Shown here: in pieces, positions 35,839 to 49,314 of the stretch
How the letters are laid out: each line of letters begins with the position of its first letter
Position numbering within the stretch: position 1 is the first letter of the stretch
Origin: Yuukianura sp. NJ FZ-2021
Lineage: Eukaryota
Direction of reading: 5' to 3'
DNA: 64,000 nucleotides
Assembly: GCA_046563655.1 (NCBI GenBank)
Contig: CM102287.1
Coordinates: forward strand, 9,982,001 to 10,046,000
Translations under genes and position numbers: made by a program
Notes under the pieces: model-generated
Database searches by the model: none
Told to the model about the DNA's origin: nothing
What the model saw: only the letters and a program-made list of their open reading frames with translations

Positions 35839-38800
35839 GCACTGTTTCTATTCTCAAATGACCTGATCAGCGATGTGTCTCCAGAGTAGCGGATCTGTTT
35901 GGATGGACAGCGTACAAGTAGTTCTTGAGTTGAGTGACGACGGGAGAGCTCTTCTGTCGCGATTAAAAAAGTTGTTAGTGCTGGGATAGTTACTCCCTCT
36001 GGGCAGAGATCCATTTTGAAGTATTTGATGAAATGCATTGGGTTCTCTCGTGTACTTAAAATAGGCTTGTTCCTCTAAGTTCGCTTGCAGCGCTTCCGCT
36101 GTTGGGCCATCACGTTGAAATGGCTTTGACTTTGGGTGACTCAACTGCGGAGACACTTCGTCATCCTCAGCAGAGTTCTGGATTGAGTCCATCCACGCTG
36201 CAACTTCATCCGTAATTCCACACCCTTTGGCATGACCTGCTCAAAATCAACATTCAAAATTAGCCTTCAAAATCCAAAATTTGGAAAATATTTTGAAAAT
36301 TTGACCTGTTCTGAGATGCTCATATGGATCCTGAACATGATTTCCAGAGTATATCACAGAATGAAGGCTAGAGTTCCTATCTCCTAAATGCTTAGCATAT
36401 TTGTGAGCTCTCTCCACATAAAACGTTTCTCCAGGCGTAATTATTTGACCATCAAAAACACCCTTCTGAATCGATCCAAAAACATGACTGTCTGGAACAC
36501 CTAAAAACATAAAATAAAAAAAACTTTCAAAACTTCCCATTTTTCAATTAAACTTTTGAAAAATTTGCTAACACAAAAGTTTCTCTTCCGGATCCGAAAA
36601 ATTGCGGGTCTAATTCCAAAGTTTCAAGAAAAAATTGCCAAAACAATTGCCCTCTCCGCAATTTCAAAATTTCTTGTTCAGTAATTTCTCCCGAAAAAAA
36701 GCCGCGGAAAAACTAAAATTACAGATTTTCTTAAGATTTCTTTCAAAATGTTGTTGTATGGCAGAAAGAAACAAAATTTGAAAACAGAAAAGGCGCTTAA
36801 CTTTCTCTTTTTGAAATTCAGCTCTTAAGTCATTTCCCAAATGACTTGTTCATAATAATCATAAATTCTGCATTACGTCTTTGCGTGTGTAGACATAGAG
36901 GGGCTTTTACTTTTTATTTTATGTGCACCAGCTAAAAACCAATTTTTTTAACTATAAAAAAACTCGGAATTTTAGAAAATGGAGAAAGTTACTTATGGTA
37001 TGGATTAAAATTTCTGCCAAAAACGAGAACGCCCCAATTCCTTCGCTTATATTTCAGAAAAACGCATAGCCTTTTCCTTTCTTCTAACAAAAAAGTGAAA
37101 AACAGAGTCATCAAAAAGAAACTAAGGCACGCAGTCACTCCAGAAAACACTTTCTCTTCTTGAACTCAAAATTTTCAAACCCAAACTACAAAGTGGGTCA
37201 ACAAAATTCACTTTCTCGGATACCACTCTCTCGTTGACGCACTTTCACCAAAACGACACAAAAAAACTACAAAAATAAAAATAGTGACACCTCAGAGTTG
37301 AAATGTCATCGCCACTTCACCTTCAACTGTGCAAATTCCAACAAAGTTCCGAAAAACTTTGAAAAAAAATTCAAACTCTACTCAAACGTCTCGACTCTTG
37401 ACTCACAAGCGTACGCGCCGTATAACATATAATATAATCGAGTACGCTACAAAAACTAAACAACGTTTCAGTTGCGTCTCTGGATAGGTCGTTTGAATTT
37501 TCAAAACCAAAATTATTGATTTCATCAAACCAGATGCACATTTGGAATTCAAAAAATCTTTAAACAAAATACATAGCCCTGATCCCGAACTTCCTTCGTT
37601 CTGTCGTCTGGAATTGCAAATCCGCAAATCCCGCGAAAATGATCCAGAAAACTTTTTTGTTTGTAGCGGAAAAACATGTCGACATGTTTTAAAATTTGGC
37701 AAACATTTTGATCCAACTTCTTTTTTTTTTGAAACTGTCATACCGTGAACATGTCCAGTGACAAGGTGTGACAAATCCACTTCGTCCTCTCCCCGTCCAT
37801 CTCCGTCCATTTGAACATTAGGACTGAACACACTCGTCTCTCTCTTGAGTCTCAGATGGAAGTTGTGTCTGGCCGTCCTTAGCTTGATGTCCACCGACGG
37901 CTCATGCTCCACCTCACCCGTCCACCGCTTGACCCGCCGGTGGCTCTGCTCCACCTTGGCTGTATCGTAGTCAAGGTGCTCAAAGTCTTGGATGTACCCA
38001 TTCAGCCGGGTTGCTGCAATTCACACACAAAAAAAACACAAATTTTAAATTTCTACAAGATAAAAACATAGATGTAAAATTTCCACAAGAAAAACACAAT
38101 CAAGAAAAGGAGCACACAGATTTAAAATGTCCACAACAAAAACACACAAACTTAAAATTTCTACCAGAAAACACCATAAAATTTCTATAAAAAAACATAG
38201 AAGTCCAAATTGTGAAAAAAAAAACTGTAGTAATTCCCAAAATTTTGAAAAAAAAAAATGCAGTTACTCCCTTCCGCTCCAAATTTTTTCCCACACTTGA
38301 AAATTCCCACACCTTAAACCGCAGATAGTTAACCGACGGAGGTCCTCATTTACCACAATCTTCAAAATCCGCTTTCAAAAAACCAAAACCTTAATTTTTT
38401 TTTAAATTTCGAAAAAGTCAGGCCACTCTGAAGAAAGTTAAGCAATTAAGCGCTCTTTGGCAATTGAGAAAGCCATGAAAGTCTAAACAGGGCACAAAAC
38501 ACCCATTGTTTTCTGCTGTATCTTTCTCCTCGCTAACTTTCTATGTAAAATTAAATCTGATTTTACACATCGTTAGTGCAGCTCTACTTCTAAGACTTTG
38601 GAAAACATGTTCCAGCGTCTCCAGGATTACCCTGTCTCCAGCCTCACAAAATGTTAATTCCAACCCGACGAGGAATTGAACCAGCGACGCTGGAAAAAGA
38701 GAAACCTCGTTAACCATTTCCACCAACATCTACATCTCTTTCATGCTCCTCCTCATGCAAATGTAAAACATTGGAATGTGCTCCAACCTTATCCCAATTG

Positions 38801-41800
38801 GATCAATACTTCCACTTTCACCCACCACTAAAATCCTAAATAGCCCTCCACCAGCGTCTCAAGTCACAAACAAAAGTTAGGCTAACATTAATCTAACCAA
38901 CTAAAGTAAAAGCACAGGCAAAAAGAAAAGAAAGTTGGTCTGATGAAAGTAAGAGGTAAATAACACTGAAAGACGCTGAAAATACGCTGAAGAACGGTGG
39001 AAATGAGAAAGACGCTGAAAAAACGCTGAATGAGTTTAGAAAGAGAAAGCAGCTGGGAAATGCAATTAAGCCAAACCAGGCAGAAAGTGAATGGAAACTT
39101 TAATCAACTTTTCTCCCTCCATCAAACCACTTCCTTTCAATTCATGCTTTCACGCACTTTCCACAAAAAAAAATTAAACAAAAACCAAAAACTAAAAAAA
39201 ACACACCTTTTTTTTCAAAATTTAACATTTTTAACAAAAACTTAACAACAGTTTCTTTTTTTAAACAAAAACTCTTTCACAAAAACGGAAAACTTTGTCC
39301 TTTCACTTCCACTTTCTCTCCTTCATTTTCCGCATATTTTTTTTGCAAAAGTGTTTATCGTTGCCAAAATTAATTTTTTCATGTAAAAACTAAAGTTTCT
39401 TCCTTCTCGGAGCGTTAAGACATCACAAATTCTTCATTAATTTCATCCTCTACTTCACTCTCTTCTTCCTCACAGCAAAAACTCCACTTTTCCTTTACTA
39501 TTTTCATTTTCACCAAAAATTCCTCCCGGACTGTTATTTCTAACGCAAGATCTTTCCAATTTCCGCAACTATTCGCATCACAGCACCACAAATAACACAC
39601 TTTCATTCTCCTCTGCTTTTCTTCTCAGAATCTTCCCTCATTCCTCGTGTCACTCCTTAAAACAAATTGCCTCTGCTTGGGGAATAAAAAAATTAGAGCA
39701 CAACTTTTGGCACTAAATCAAACACAAAAAAAGGAACGTGCTGAGTTTTTTTTTCTTCTTAAAAAGTTCTCACTTGCTAAAAACCAAATTTAGGACTTAG
39801 CAAATCAGTCACACGAAATTTTCTCATCGTCCACCACATCAAAAGACTTTAAAAGAAAAAAAAATCACGTTACAAAAAATTGCAATTTTAAATTCGCCAC
39901 TTTAAGTCCCACTGCTTATCAATTCTCAGTTTCTCTTTCATTCCTTTTCTTCCCAGAACAAAAATTGTCCCAATTTGCAAAAATTTCGCAATTTGCAATT
40001 CAGTTCATATCGTGGCCAGTCACCACAGTTTCGAGAACACAGTGACACACAATTGACTAAAAGCAAAAAAAAAATGACAAAAAAATGCACAATGTAAAAC
40101 ACAAACTGACAAGATTAGAATCTGGAACGAATTTGCAACTCCCAAAATTTGCCAATCATCCACGCTTAAAATTTTCAATTTTTCCAAACACCACAAAAAA
40201 ATCAGTCAACCTTGGTCTCTGTTTCTTTCACATTTTTTTCATTTTTGTAATAAAGTGATCATGGTCAAAATATTTCAGTAAAAACATCAAAATTAAAATT
40301 TTGAAAAAATGGAAAAAACAGAAATATTTTTGTGCGAAGAGAACAGAAAAGTGCTTTTGTAGTGGGAGGTCATAAAAGTTAAAGCGTTCAAGCATAGCCA
40401 TGTGTGCCAAAACTTTTAAACTTCCTGGTTCAAGCATCACACGGAAAAAAGCAGCACTTTTCGTTTTCTGAAATGCTGAAAAATCACAGACATTTTTTCT
40501 TTTTTGTAACAATTTCCGCCAAAACTGAAAAACTGAAAATTACTGTCATTTCCTCCTTGATTTCAATTCCAAAAAAATGAAATCATACTCAGCACATCGA
40601 ATCGTGATCAATCTCAAAAGATCTCTGCAACTTTTAATTCCAAATTTAGAAATTAAAATTTAAAATCAAAACCAAAAACGAAAAATTTCATCAATAATTT
40701 AAAATCAATTCTGTTTTCCAATCCCTGAATTTCTGTTTCCTACAAAAAACATAATTTGCTCTAAAAGACAACTGCTAATTTAAAAACCAAAATTCAGCTT
40801 CAAAAAACATAAAAATTCCAAACAGAAGTCAAAACCTTCACAACAAAAAATCAAAATCAAATGCGCAAAAAACTTTCCGCTTCAAAACATTTCCTCTCCT
40901 TCACCAGTAGCGTTTCATGCCATAAATCTCAGCTTAAAAAAAATTAAGATCCAAAAACCTCAACACTGTCGACTGCACGGCAACAGATTTTTTGCACAAT
41001 TGAGAACCTCATCCCCCGCCCCCATTTATCTACCCCCCCCCATCTCACAGAGATCATGTGACCCCCCCCCCCCACCAGAGATCATGCCCCCCCCACCAGA
41101 TTTTACAGATTACGTGTCCCCACCCCCTCTGTTTCACATATTGCGTAATTTCAGAACAGAAAAAAGAACAATAGAGTTAACTCCCAGTTTCACCTCGACA
41201 CAATACACGCGAAACCCAACTTATTTTAATTGTTGGCTGCGCAGAAGTCGTTTTTTGGCATTTGTGCTCATGTGTACTTGGAGTTGGGAATTGTTGGAAC
41301 TTAACCGTTAGAGAGTAGGGTGTATCCTTGTCACCAACCACCCAACAGGCACAAGTTCAACAATGGGACTCCACTTCCGCTTAAACTTTCCTCCATCAAC
41401 TCATTTTTAGCACGCAAAAGTCACATCTCACCAAAAACTCCCGCAAAAAACCATCAAACCACTTTCAAAAATTAAAATCCACCAACACGACGACGCCTCT
41501 CTACCAACTACGAGACTATGACTAAAAACTCCTTGACCCATATTAAAAAAAAAACAGGATTTTGAAACAAGTTTTTCAAAAAGAAAAATTGAAATCCGGA
41601 ATTTCAGAGTCCCGTTGAACCACCCCAAAAACTAAAATTCCAAGTTGCAACATTCACCAAGCATCAAAAACCGAAAAAATGCATTTGATACAAAATCTCA
41701 AATTTTACAAAAACAAAATTTCAAAAAATAAATAATAACATAAAAATATAAAAGAAAAACAACGTTACTGTCCTTACTCCAATTTTGAACTGCAAGGTTT

Positions 41801-44800
41801 GTACTACACAAAATCGACGGAAAAATCAGTTTTTTTCTAAACGACGTCAAGTTTCGAACAACTTTCTCCCCTTCCACCAGCATTTTACAAAACACTAGCT
41901 TTCAAAAATGCGAAATTCTCCAAATTCCCTCAAAAAAAAAATATTTTTTTTTCAAAAACTTTCTTTTTAGTTTTCTCAGGTCGATGGAAAGCCAATTCCC
42001 ATCGGATGTTCGGATGTTAAAATTGGATGAAGAAATAGACGTGGAGCAGCAGCAGAGGTAACCTCGCCTCGCAAAGTCTGTTCCTGTCATGTCCCATTGC
42101 TCTCAAACATCTTTGGCACGACCAACTTCATTTTATACTGCCAGCATCTTCCAGCACACCCAGCAGCATCTTTGGCCTTTCCACCAGCCCAAAGAACATA
42201 ATTGACTCTGACATCACACAAAAAGTCAAGATACAGCTACTCTTTCGTTCTTAAGCCGATTTGCAATTTGCAAAATTAACAGCCTCTGGCTCTTAATTTT
42301 TTACTTTTTGCACGAAAAGAAACTTAAAAAGCTAATCGTCACTTGCAATTTCAGTTTTACACAAATCCGTGACCAAAATATTTATTTCCCTCTTTGCGAA
42401 AAATTTGTACAAGATTATTTTTGCTAAAAAATTTTCGCTTTCACTTCCTCTTAACTCAAATCCAACTCTTGTCTGAACCAAAGTTAATCGGCTCAAATTC
42501 AACACATTCTAAACAGCATTTTCAAAACAGGATTTTCTAAAAACAGTGTTTTCAAAAACTTAGTTTGGAGCATACCCTATCGTGATTTGCATCTTGCGAG
42601 AGCCTGCTCTAAACTAGTACTTCCCTCGTCCAAAACCAATAAAGTGAAAGTTATGGCTTCTGTACAAAATTCGGAGGAAAAGTGCCATAAAATCCCCACT
42701 CTCCCGCTTTTCCTCTCGTTCAAGGTTCAAACCTAAACTTTTAGGAGTGCAGTGCAGCAGCTCAAGTGCAGCCTGTGCTTTCTCCTTCCTTAGCAGCACA
42801 CCAGCACCTTGGATCAATTTCAAATCAGCCACGTCACTAGTACAACTCTTTCCTCAGTCTAAGATGACAACTTTCTCCACTTTTTCAAACTTCTCTTCCT
42901 CCCAGGCATTCCTCTGTGCAAAATTAAAACTCAATTTGGCACAGCCCCACCCTTATCCACAGGAGAAAAAAAAAACAGTGCGTCATACTTTTTTTTTCTT
43001 TACTTTCTCCACTCACCAACTTTTTTCAAAACTGTCTGCAAAAAAAACTGCGGGAAAAAGCTCGAACATTGCTTAAAATTTAAATTAGTATGTCAGCATT
43101 TCACAAATTGAAAAACTAACAATTAAGAAAAAACTCCTAGAAGGCAAAAAAAATCTCGAATTTCGAAATGTCCTTCAACTTTCTCCTTACTAGATTTGTG
43201 TTCTTCAAACTTTCCAACTGTTTTTTTAGAATTCCTAAAATTCTAAAAAATTAGCCTTTTTTCTCTGAAACTAAGGCAACTCCCATCTTTAAATTATGCA
43301 TAATTCAATCCTCCACCCTACACTCCTCCACTTTACTCTTTCCAATTTTAGTCTACAAAGAAAATTAAAAACTACTTTTCATGACCTTGACCTTCCCCTT
43401 GACCTCAAAAACTTTTAAACTCAAACTTCACCTATGAAATACCTACTCTTGCAAACACACACAGAACTGAACTGAACTTTTTTTGCCAACTTCCAAACTC
43501 AAAAAGTTGTGAACGGCGTCGTGCTCGTGACTGATTGTGACAGTTTTCGAAAAATCAAAAGAAAACTGTCCAGATCGCTTTCACTTTTTCAAAAATCTCA
43601 ACTTTCACGATTCCGAATTCCCATAAGACTCCGCTCCATCTTCCTTGACAAATCGGATTTCCCGAACTCCTACTGCCGGAAACTCTGTCAAAACTACTTT
43701 TTAGAATTTAATTGACACTTGAATCTTTTCAAAAACAAAATGGCCCAATCTCATTTCAGTCTAAAATTCTAAAAGACTTCTTTTCATCCACTTCATCTCA
43801 AAGTCTCTTCTTTTCCTTCCTGGAGCTCTGCCAAACCCACTGCACGTTTTCAAGTACTCCCAATTCCCGCTATCTCTTCTACCAATATTCCCTAAGATCC
43901 ACAATTCCACAATCCACAATCCACCATTCCACAATCCACCATTCCACAATCCACATTTTGAAAAAGAAGTTCCATTCTGCACGCTTTCCTCCTTCCGCAC
44001 AAGAATAGACCACAAAAGAAACCAAAAAGACTCAAACCCTTTACTTTTTAGTCAAGTCTATAAGCCTTACTTTTAGTCATGTCTATAAACCTTACTTTTT
44101 AGTCAAGTCTAGAGTAAATGGAAAAAATGTGGAAGATGTCCATGGACAGGCATTACACACAATTTCACTTTCTCTCCTCCCAGTCACAGAATCACCCGCC
44201 TTTCTCCCACAAAAAAAAACGGAAATGGCCAAAAGGTTTTTCGTTTAAAAAAAAACGAGGTCAATTGACCTCACTCCAAAAAAGCCTTCAACCATCATCA
44301 ACTCAGTCACAAAAAACGGACTCAATTTTCACTCCTTTTACTCAAAAAAGTTAAGAAGTCAAAACTAAAAAGAAGAAAACAATGTTAAGAAACCAGCGTT
44401 TAAAAAACTAACTTTTTTCAAACTTCCTCTGATTTTTTTTTCTCTCAAATGAGTTCATTTTTGCTACTTTTTGCTTCTTCTGCTCTCTCTTACTTTTTTT
44501 TTCTTAAAATTGGCCCGAAATAATCAACAAAAATAAAATTCGCACAAAGTAGAAACTTTCAGCTAGAAATACAGAAATACTAAAAAGTTGAAGCTCAATG
44601 ACCTCAGACGAACATTTTTACACAAAAGTCATGTCAGACTTTTGAAAAACGTTGTTAATTTGAAACGCTTTATGCTAAAACGCTTTATAGTTTGTTAGCC
44701 TAACAATGTTAGGGTATAGTAACTCCTAAACAATGGAAACCTCATCATTGAACTTGCATTGTTGAGTTGAACTGTGACGACACTGACTCAATGGTTCGTT

Positions 44801-46867
44801 GCTTACTACTTCCGTTTCTCCTAACAATACAACCAGTAATACTCAATTTCAATAGACTTTAATCACGAAACATGCTCAAAACCTTCAGACTAACCAACAA
44901 CAAAAACATCAAAATGAATTATACACCTACTTTTTGCACAAAAGTTAAAAAAGTACAATTCCCACTGAAAAAGTCACAAAAATAAAAGAAAAGGTCAATC
45001 GCATGTCACCGAGGATAAAGAGACTAATGAACTGTGCCACGAATTCTGTGAAATTGGACAATTTTTGTTTATGTTTTTACATACGTTGCATTTTTTTTGA
45101 AACGCAGAGCAAAGATCGTTGACCTCTTTGCTCTTTTCATCATGTCCTTGGAAAAGACTAAAATTTAAGTATAACCTGCCTTTAGCCTTTGCTTTTTAGG
45201 CTTTTCATATTAACAAGTAACATTCAGATCACTTTTTGCTTTAACTTTTTTCCATCGTGTTAAATCTTCAACTCAAAGACGCCGTCCAGTGTTTTGCGAT
45301 AAAATATCAAGCTATTTATACGAAAAAAAAAAGATGTAAGTCTTCTCTTGATTCGCACAACTTTGTTCGTATTTCTGAAGTTTTTGCGGCTGAAAGAAAA
45401 GCAAAAAGCCAAAAGCCACAAATCTTAAATTGGGCAATGCACAAACAAAGTAATAAAAGCAGATTTAACAATTTCTTTGTTCTTCCAGCAGGTTGGCCTT
45501 GAAATTCTTAAAAAAATTATGGAAAGAAAGGCAGTGTCGTGTCAGTGTGCAAAAATTTCAGTACGTAACGTAACGTGCATTGTACCGAGAACAAAAAATG
45601 TAAACTTTTAAAATCTAGATTGATGCTTGTTTACTTTTGTTTAAAAAGTTTTTCAACGTAACTAGATATGATTTTTATGACAAAAGGAAGTGACACACGA
45701 AAGTACAAGTTAAGGTCATCACACACAAGCAAATTGTGTGACGCTGACTCATGACATTGACAAATTGGCAACTCTTAAAGCTTTCCATTGTTTACTGTGA
45801 ATCGCTTCATCAATTTTGAAATGTTTGCGTCTTTCAAAATAAAGATTGTGCAAAAACGAAACTGAATTCAGTTTCAGTTACTGAAAAGATTCAGTTTTTC
45901 AGTTTCTTACGTTCCTAACGAAAAGGAAAAGGCAAAGTTTAGTTGCTCACTACGAATAATAAGTGACAGGCGAGTGACAGAATTGGTTAGTTGGATTTTT
46001 TTTTAGATTAAGGTTATGGTTTATGAGTCATCTGGAGCAGTTAAAGTCTGCTTTAGCACAAGACAAAGCATTTGGACAAGTCTAACCCGTTCAAAACCAC
46101 TACTGTCATTTCTATAAGTTTAGACTTGACATTGGTTTTGTGACATCCCGGTTAGACCTCTAGACATCAAGCGGAAGAATTGAGCTCATTTAGATAACGG
46201 AACCACTCAAGTGACGCGCCTCTCTCAATTATCTACACAGGAAAACAATCGTCTTCTCTTCTTTTTAGTTAAAACCAGCAGCTTAAAAAGTCACTGACAA
46301 AATCCAACCCTTTGAGTCTCTCCAATGTCCAAGGAAGTCCATTTTTATCAATGAACACTACCGCCCTCAACTTCAATAAACTTTAACTTTTAACATAGCT
46401 TAACAAGTTCAACTTCGCCCTCTTCACATGGTCAACTTCGCCCTCTGAATGTTAGGTTAAAGTTATTGAGTATCGGTAATCCTTGGATTTGGATTGACAA
46501 AGAGGCTGGATGGATGATTGCCTAACAGTAACTGCAAAGAAAAGAAGAAAAGTGTGCCATTAGTAAATCGATCGAATGACGTTCGTTGGCCATCAATTGT
46601 CCATTAATTGGCTTTGACATAATCGAAAAATAGCTTCGTCACTTGAGCTTAACGAACGCCCAACTTCGATTTATCCCGTCTTTTGTAACCTGACCCACAA
46701 TAAAGGACATTAAATGAGAGCAACTCATTAAGTTTTAGTAAGATGCAGAAGCAGGAGCAGAAGATGTTAAGCAATTGATGAATTTTAATGAAAAGTGATT
46801 CACCTCCTTCTATACAGGGCAAGATGAAGATGAGGAGGCGAAGAAGAGCAACTGCTTTGGTGGGCAT
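32857..46867 (-). CDS. kuz: ADAM10/Kuzbanian, conserved paralogue A; ~13 exons, signal-peptide exon 46867-46804, ~8.8 kb first intron, exon 2 38013-37744, remaining exons 36500-32857
   Basis: [21 protein letters not shown] spliced (phase 1) to [23 protein letters not shown] switch; RDRR furin site; [50 protein letters not shown]; disintegrin; [28 protein letters not shown]; Pro-rich tail with PPPPY. Confidence 0.93.
43895..44112. repeat. Short tandem repeats in kuz intron 1
   Basis: (CCACAAT/CCACCAT)n at ~43898-43955, and 3 copies of a ~27-bp unit CCTTACTTTTAGTCAAGTCTATAA at ~44038-44112. Confidence 0.7.
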
Positions 46868-47465
46868 GCCGTCCAACCAACGACTCCGGCAGTTGACCCC
46901 TCGAGATGGTCACTTCCTGTATGTTTGGGGTCAAGGTCAACTAACTGACCAGTTCTTACTGGGCTTGAATTAGTGTAGCAGCACAAAACGACACTAAAAC
47001 GTTGTAGATGCTCAGCTGTATCCATGCAGAATCATGATTTGAGATCCAGTTAAATTAAGATTTTGGGCACTTGAAATCGTTTCCTGTACGTCTCTTCTAG
47101 GTCCTTGTGATTAGTAATTGAGTTGACTTTGATTGATGAGTAGCGTTCTTCTGAGACAGAGTTGGAGGTGGGTAGTCATTGAACTTTGGGATTCTAATAG
47201 TGTTAAGCAGTCCTCCTTTCTGCCACAAGAACACTCCACACTGAAAACAACAACAATCAACTGAACCTCATCTCACTCCAATGCAAAAACTCAAATGGAA
47301 TTCGCATAGGAAAACCCCACCACAAATGCCCACTTATAGCAGCCTAACGTAATGGCATTCGTCGGCATCATTTTTCACATTCTTCCAAAAACAGCATCCC
47401 ATCATTTTGTCATTAGAGAGTAATAGCAAACCGAAACATAGAGCGAAATATAGAATATAAATGTA

Positions 47466-48628
47466 TGAGGGGAGATCGACTGCTTTTCAATACGATTTGC
47501 TGCAAGATTTTTTTTAAAAACACAAGCAAAAATTCCTTGCAGAAAATAGGGACGAACATTTTCTGCAAGCTTCTTTCTTGCAGAGAACGGAGGCGTTGTT
47601 ATAAGAAGTTTGCGCCAAATCGAGCCGTTGTTATAAGAAACATGCGGAAAATCCAGATGTTGTTATAAAAGGCTTGCGGAAAATCGATGCGTTGTTATAA
47701 AAAGATTGCGGAAAATCGAGACGTTGTTATAAGAAACATGCGAAAAATTTGAGGAATTGGAATTTTGAAAAATTCAGCTGAAATTCAACTTTTGGATATA
47801 TTTGGCTTGCCGAGGATTCACGCGTACTCTACCGTCTTGAAATGTCGGTCTCGTGAAAAATTGACCTGTTCTCTAACTTTTTGACGTGTCCAAATTTTTA
47901 AAAATTCACTTGTACACTTACTTTTTGAGGATTTGGAATTTTGAAAAATTCAGCTGAAATTCAACTTTTGGATATATTTGGCTTGCCGAGGATTCACGCG
48001 TACTCTACCGTCTTGAAATGTCGGTCTCGTGAAAAATTGACCTGTTCTCTAACTTTTTGACGTGTCCAAATTTTTAAAAATTCACTTGTACACTTACTTT
48101 TTGAGGATTTGGAATTTTGAAAAATTCAGCTGAAATTCAACTTTTGGATATATTTGGCTTGCCGAGGATTCATGCGTACTCTACCGTCTTGAAATGTTGG
48201 TCTCGTGAAAAATTGACCTGTTCTCGTCACAAAAATTTTTGACAAAATATAACTTTTACGTTTACTTTTCGAGGAATTCTAACTTGGGAAAATTCAGCTG
48301 TCGTAAAATCTTAAAAGTGAATTATAATTTATAACAACGTCTCGATTCTCCGCAAGTTTCCTATAACAGCGGCTCGATTCTTCGCAAGCTTTTTATAACC
48401 TCGGCTCGATTCTCCGCAAGCTTCTTATAACAGCGCTTCGATTCTTCGCAAGCTTTTTATAACAGCTCCTCGATTTTCCGCAAGCTTCTTATAACAACGT
48501 CTCGATTTCTGCAAGAAAAAAACTTGCAGAAAATGTTCGTTTTGATTTTCTGCAAGGAAATTTAATTTTGTTTTTTAAACAAAAAAGCTTGCAGCAAATC
48601 GCGTTGAAAAGCAGTCGATCTCCCCTCA
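47466..48628. mobile_element. Non-autonomous foldback/Mutator-like DNA transposon
   Basis: ~280-300 bp imperfect TIRs starting TGAGGGGAGATCGACTGCTTTTCAA and ending TTGAAAAGCAGTCGATCTCCCCTCA, each with 5-6 ~32-bp subrepeats; 10-bp direct flank TATAAATGTA at 47456-47465 and 48629-48638; central 176-bp tandem units at 47751, 47927 and 48103; no transposase ORF. Confidence 0.88.
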
Positions 48629-48749
48629 TATAAATGTACATTATATATTTGTATGCTATATTTTAGGAAATTGAAATATCGAAGCGCCACACTTATTGCA
48701 CAATTTACACAAAGAAAATTACAAATATGAGTTATACGAATATAGGTAA

Positions 48750-49012
48750 ATCTCAGAAATATACCTAAAATTTCTTCTTGATGCAATCTAGCTAAGTCTC
48801 AGGAAAATCTAAAATTTCTTCTTGAAGCAATCTAGCTAATTCTCAGGAATAGCTAAAATTTCTTCTCGATGCAATCTAACTGAGTCTCAAGAATACCTAA
48901 AATTTCTTCTTGATGCAATCTAGCTGTCTCAGGAATAGCTAAAATTTCTTCTCGATGCAATCTAGCTGAGTCTCAGGAAAATCTAAAACTTCCTCTTGAT
49001 GAAATCTACCTA
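48750..49012. repeat. Tandem minisatellite, ~43-44 bp unit, ~6 copies
   Basis: Unit CTAAAATTTCTTCTTGATGCAATCTAGCTAAGTCTCAGGAAAAT. Confidence 0.88.
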
Positions 49013-49314
49013 AAACAGCTGAGCGGGTCAAACTGCTGGGAAAATGCCGATATGCGACTCTATATCGTGCTATATAGATTTTATATAGAATGCGCTCGTG
49101 ATTCAGTGCAGGGGGAAATTTGAATTCTTCACGTGCAGAATCCTTGTTGATTGTCAATTTCGCGTTTTGCACGATCTTTCAGTTCTTCTGTTTTCATACC
49201 ACAAGGAGAGAACCGGAAGATCAACTGATTGCTAATTAACTTCCATAATTAGCTTCGTATTTTTGTAATTACCCATTGTAGTTTAGTTGTGTTCTTACGT
49301 AGCTCACCGGCAAG

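Noticed and set aside
41000..41311. Proline-rich ORF nested in kuz intron 1
   Set aside because: The prolines come from poly-C tracts; non-ATG start and no splice support.
47590..48510. ~32-bp repeats resembling CRISPR direct repeats
   Set aside because: They are subrepeats in the two inverted arms of a transposon and have no spacers.
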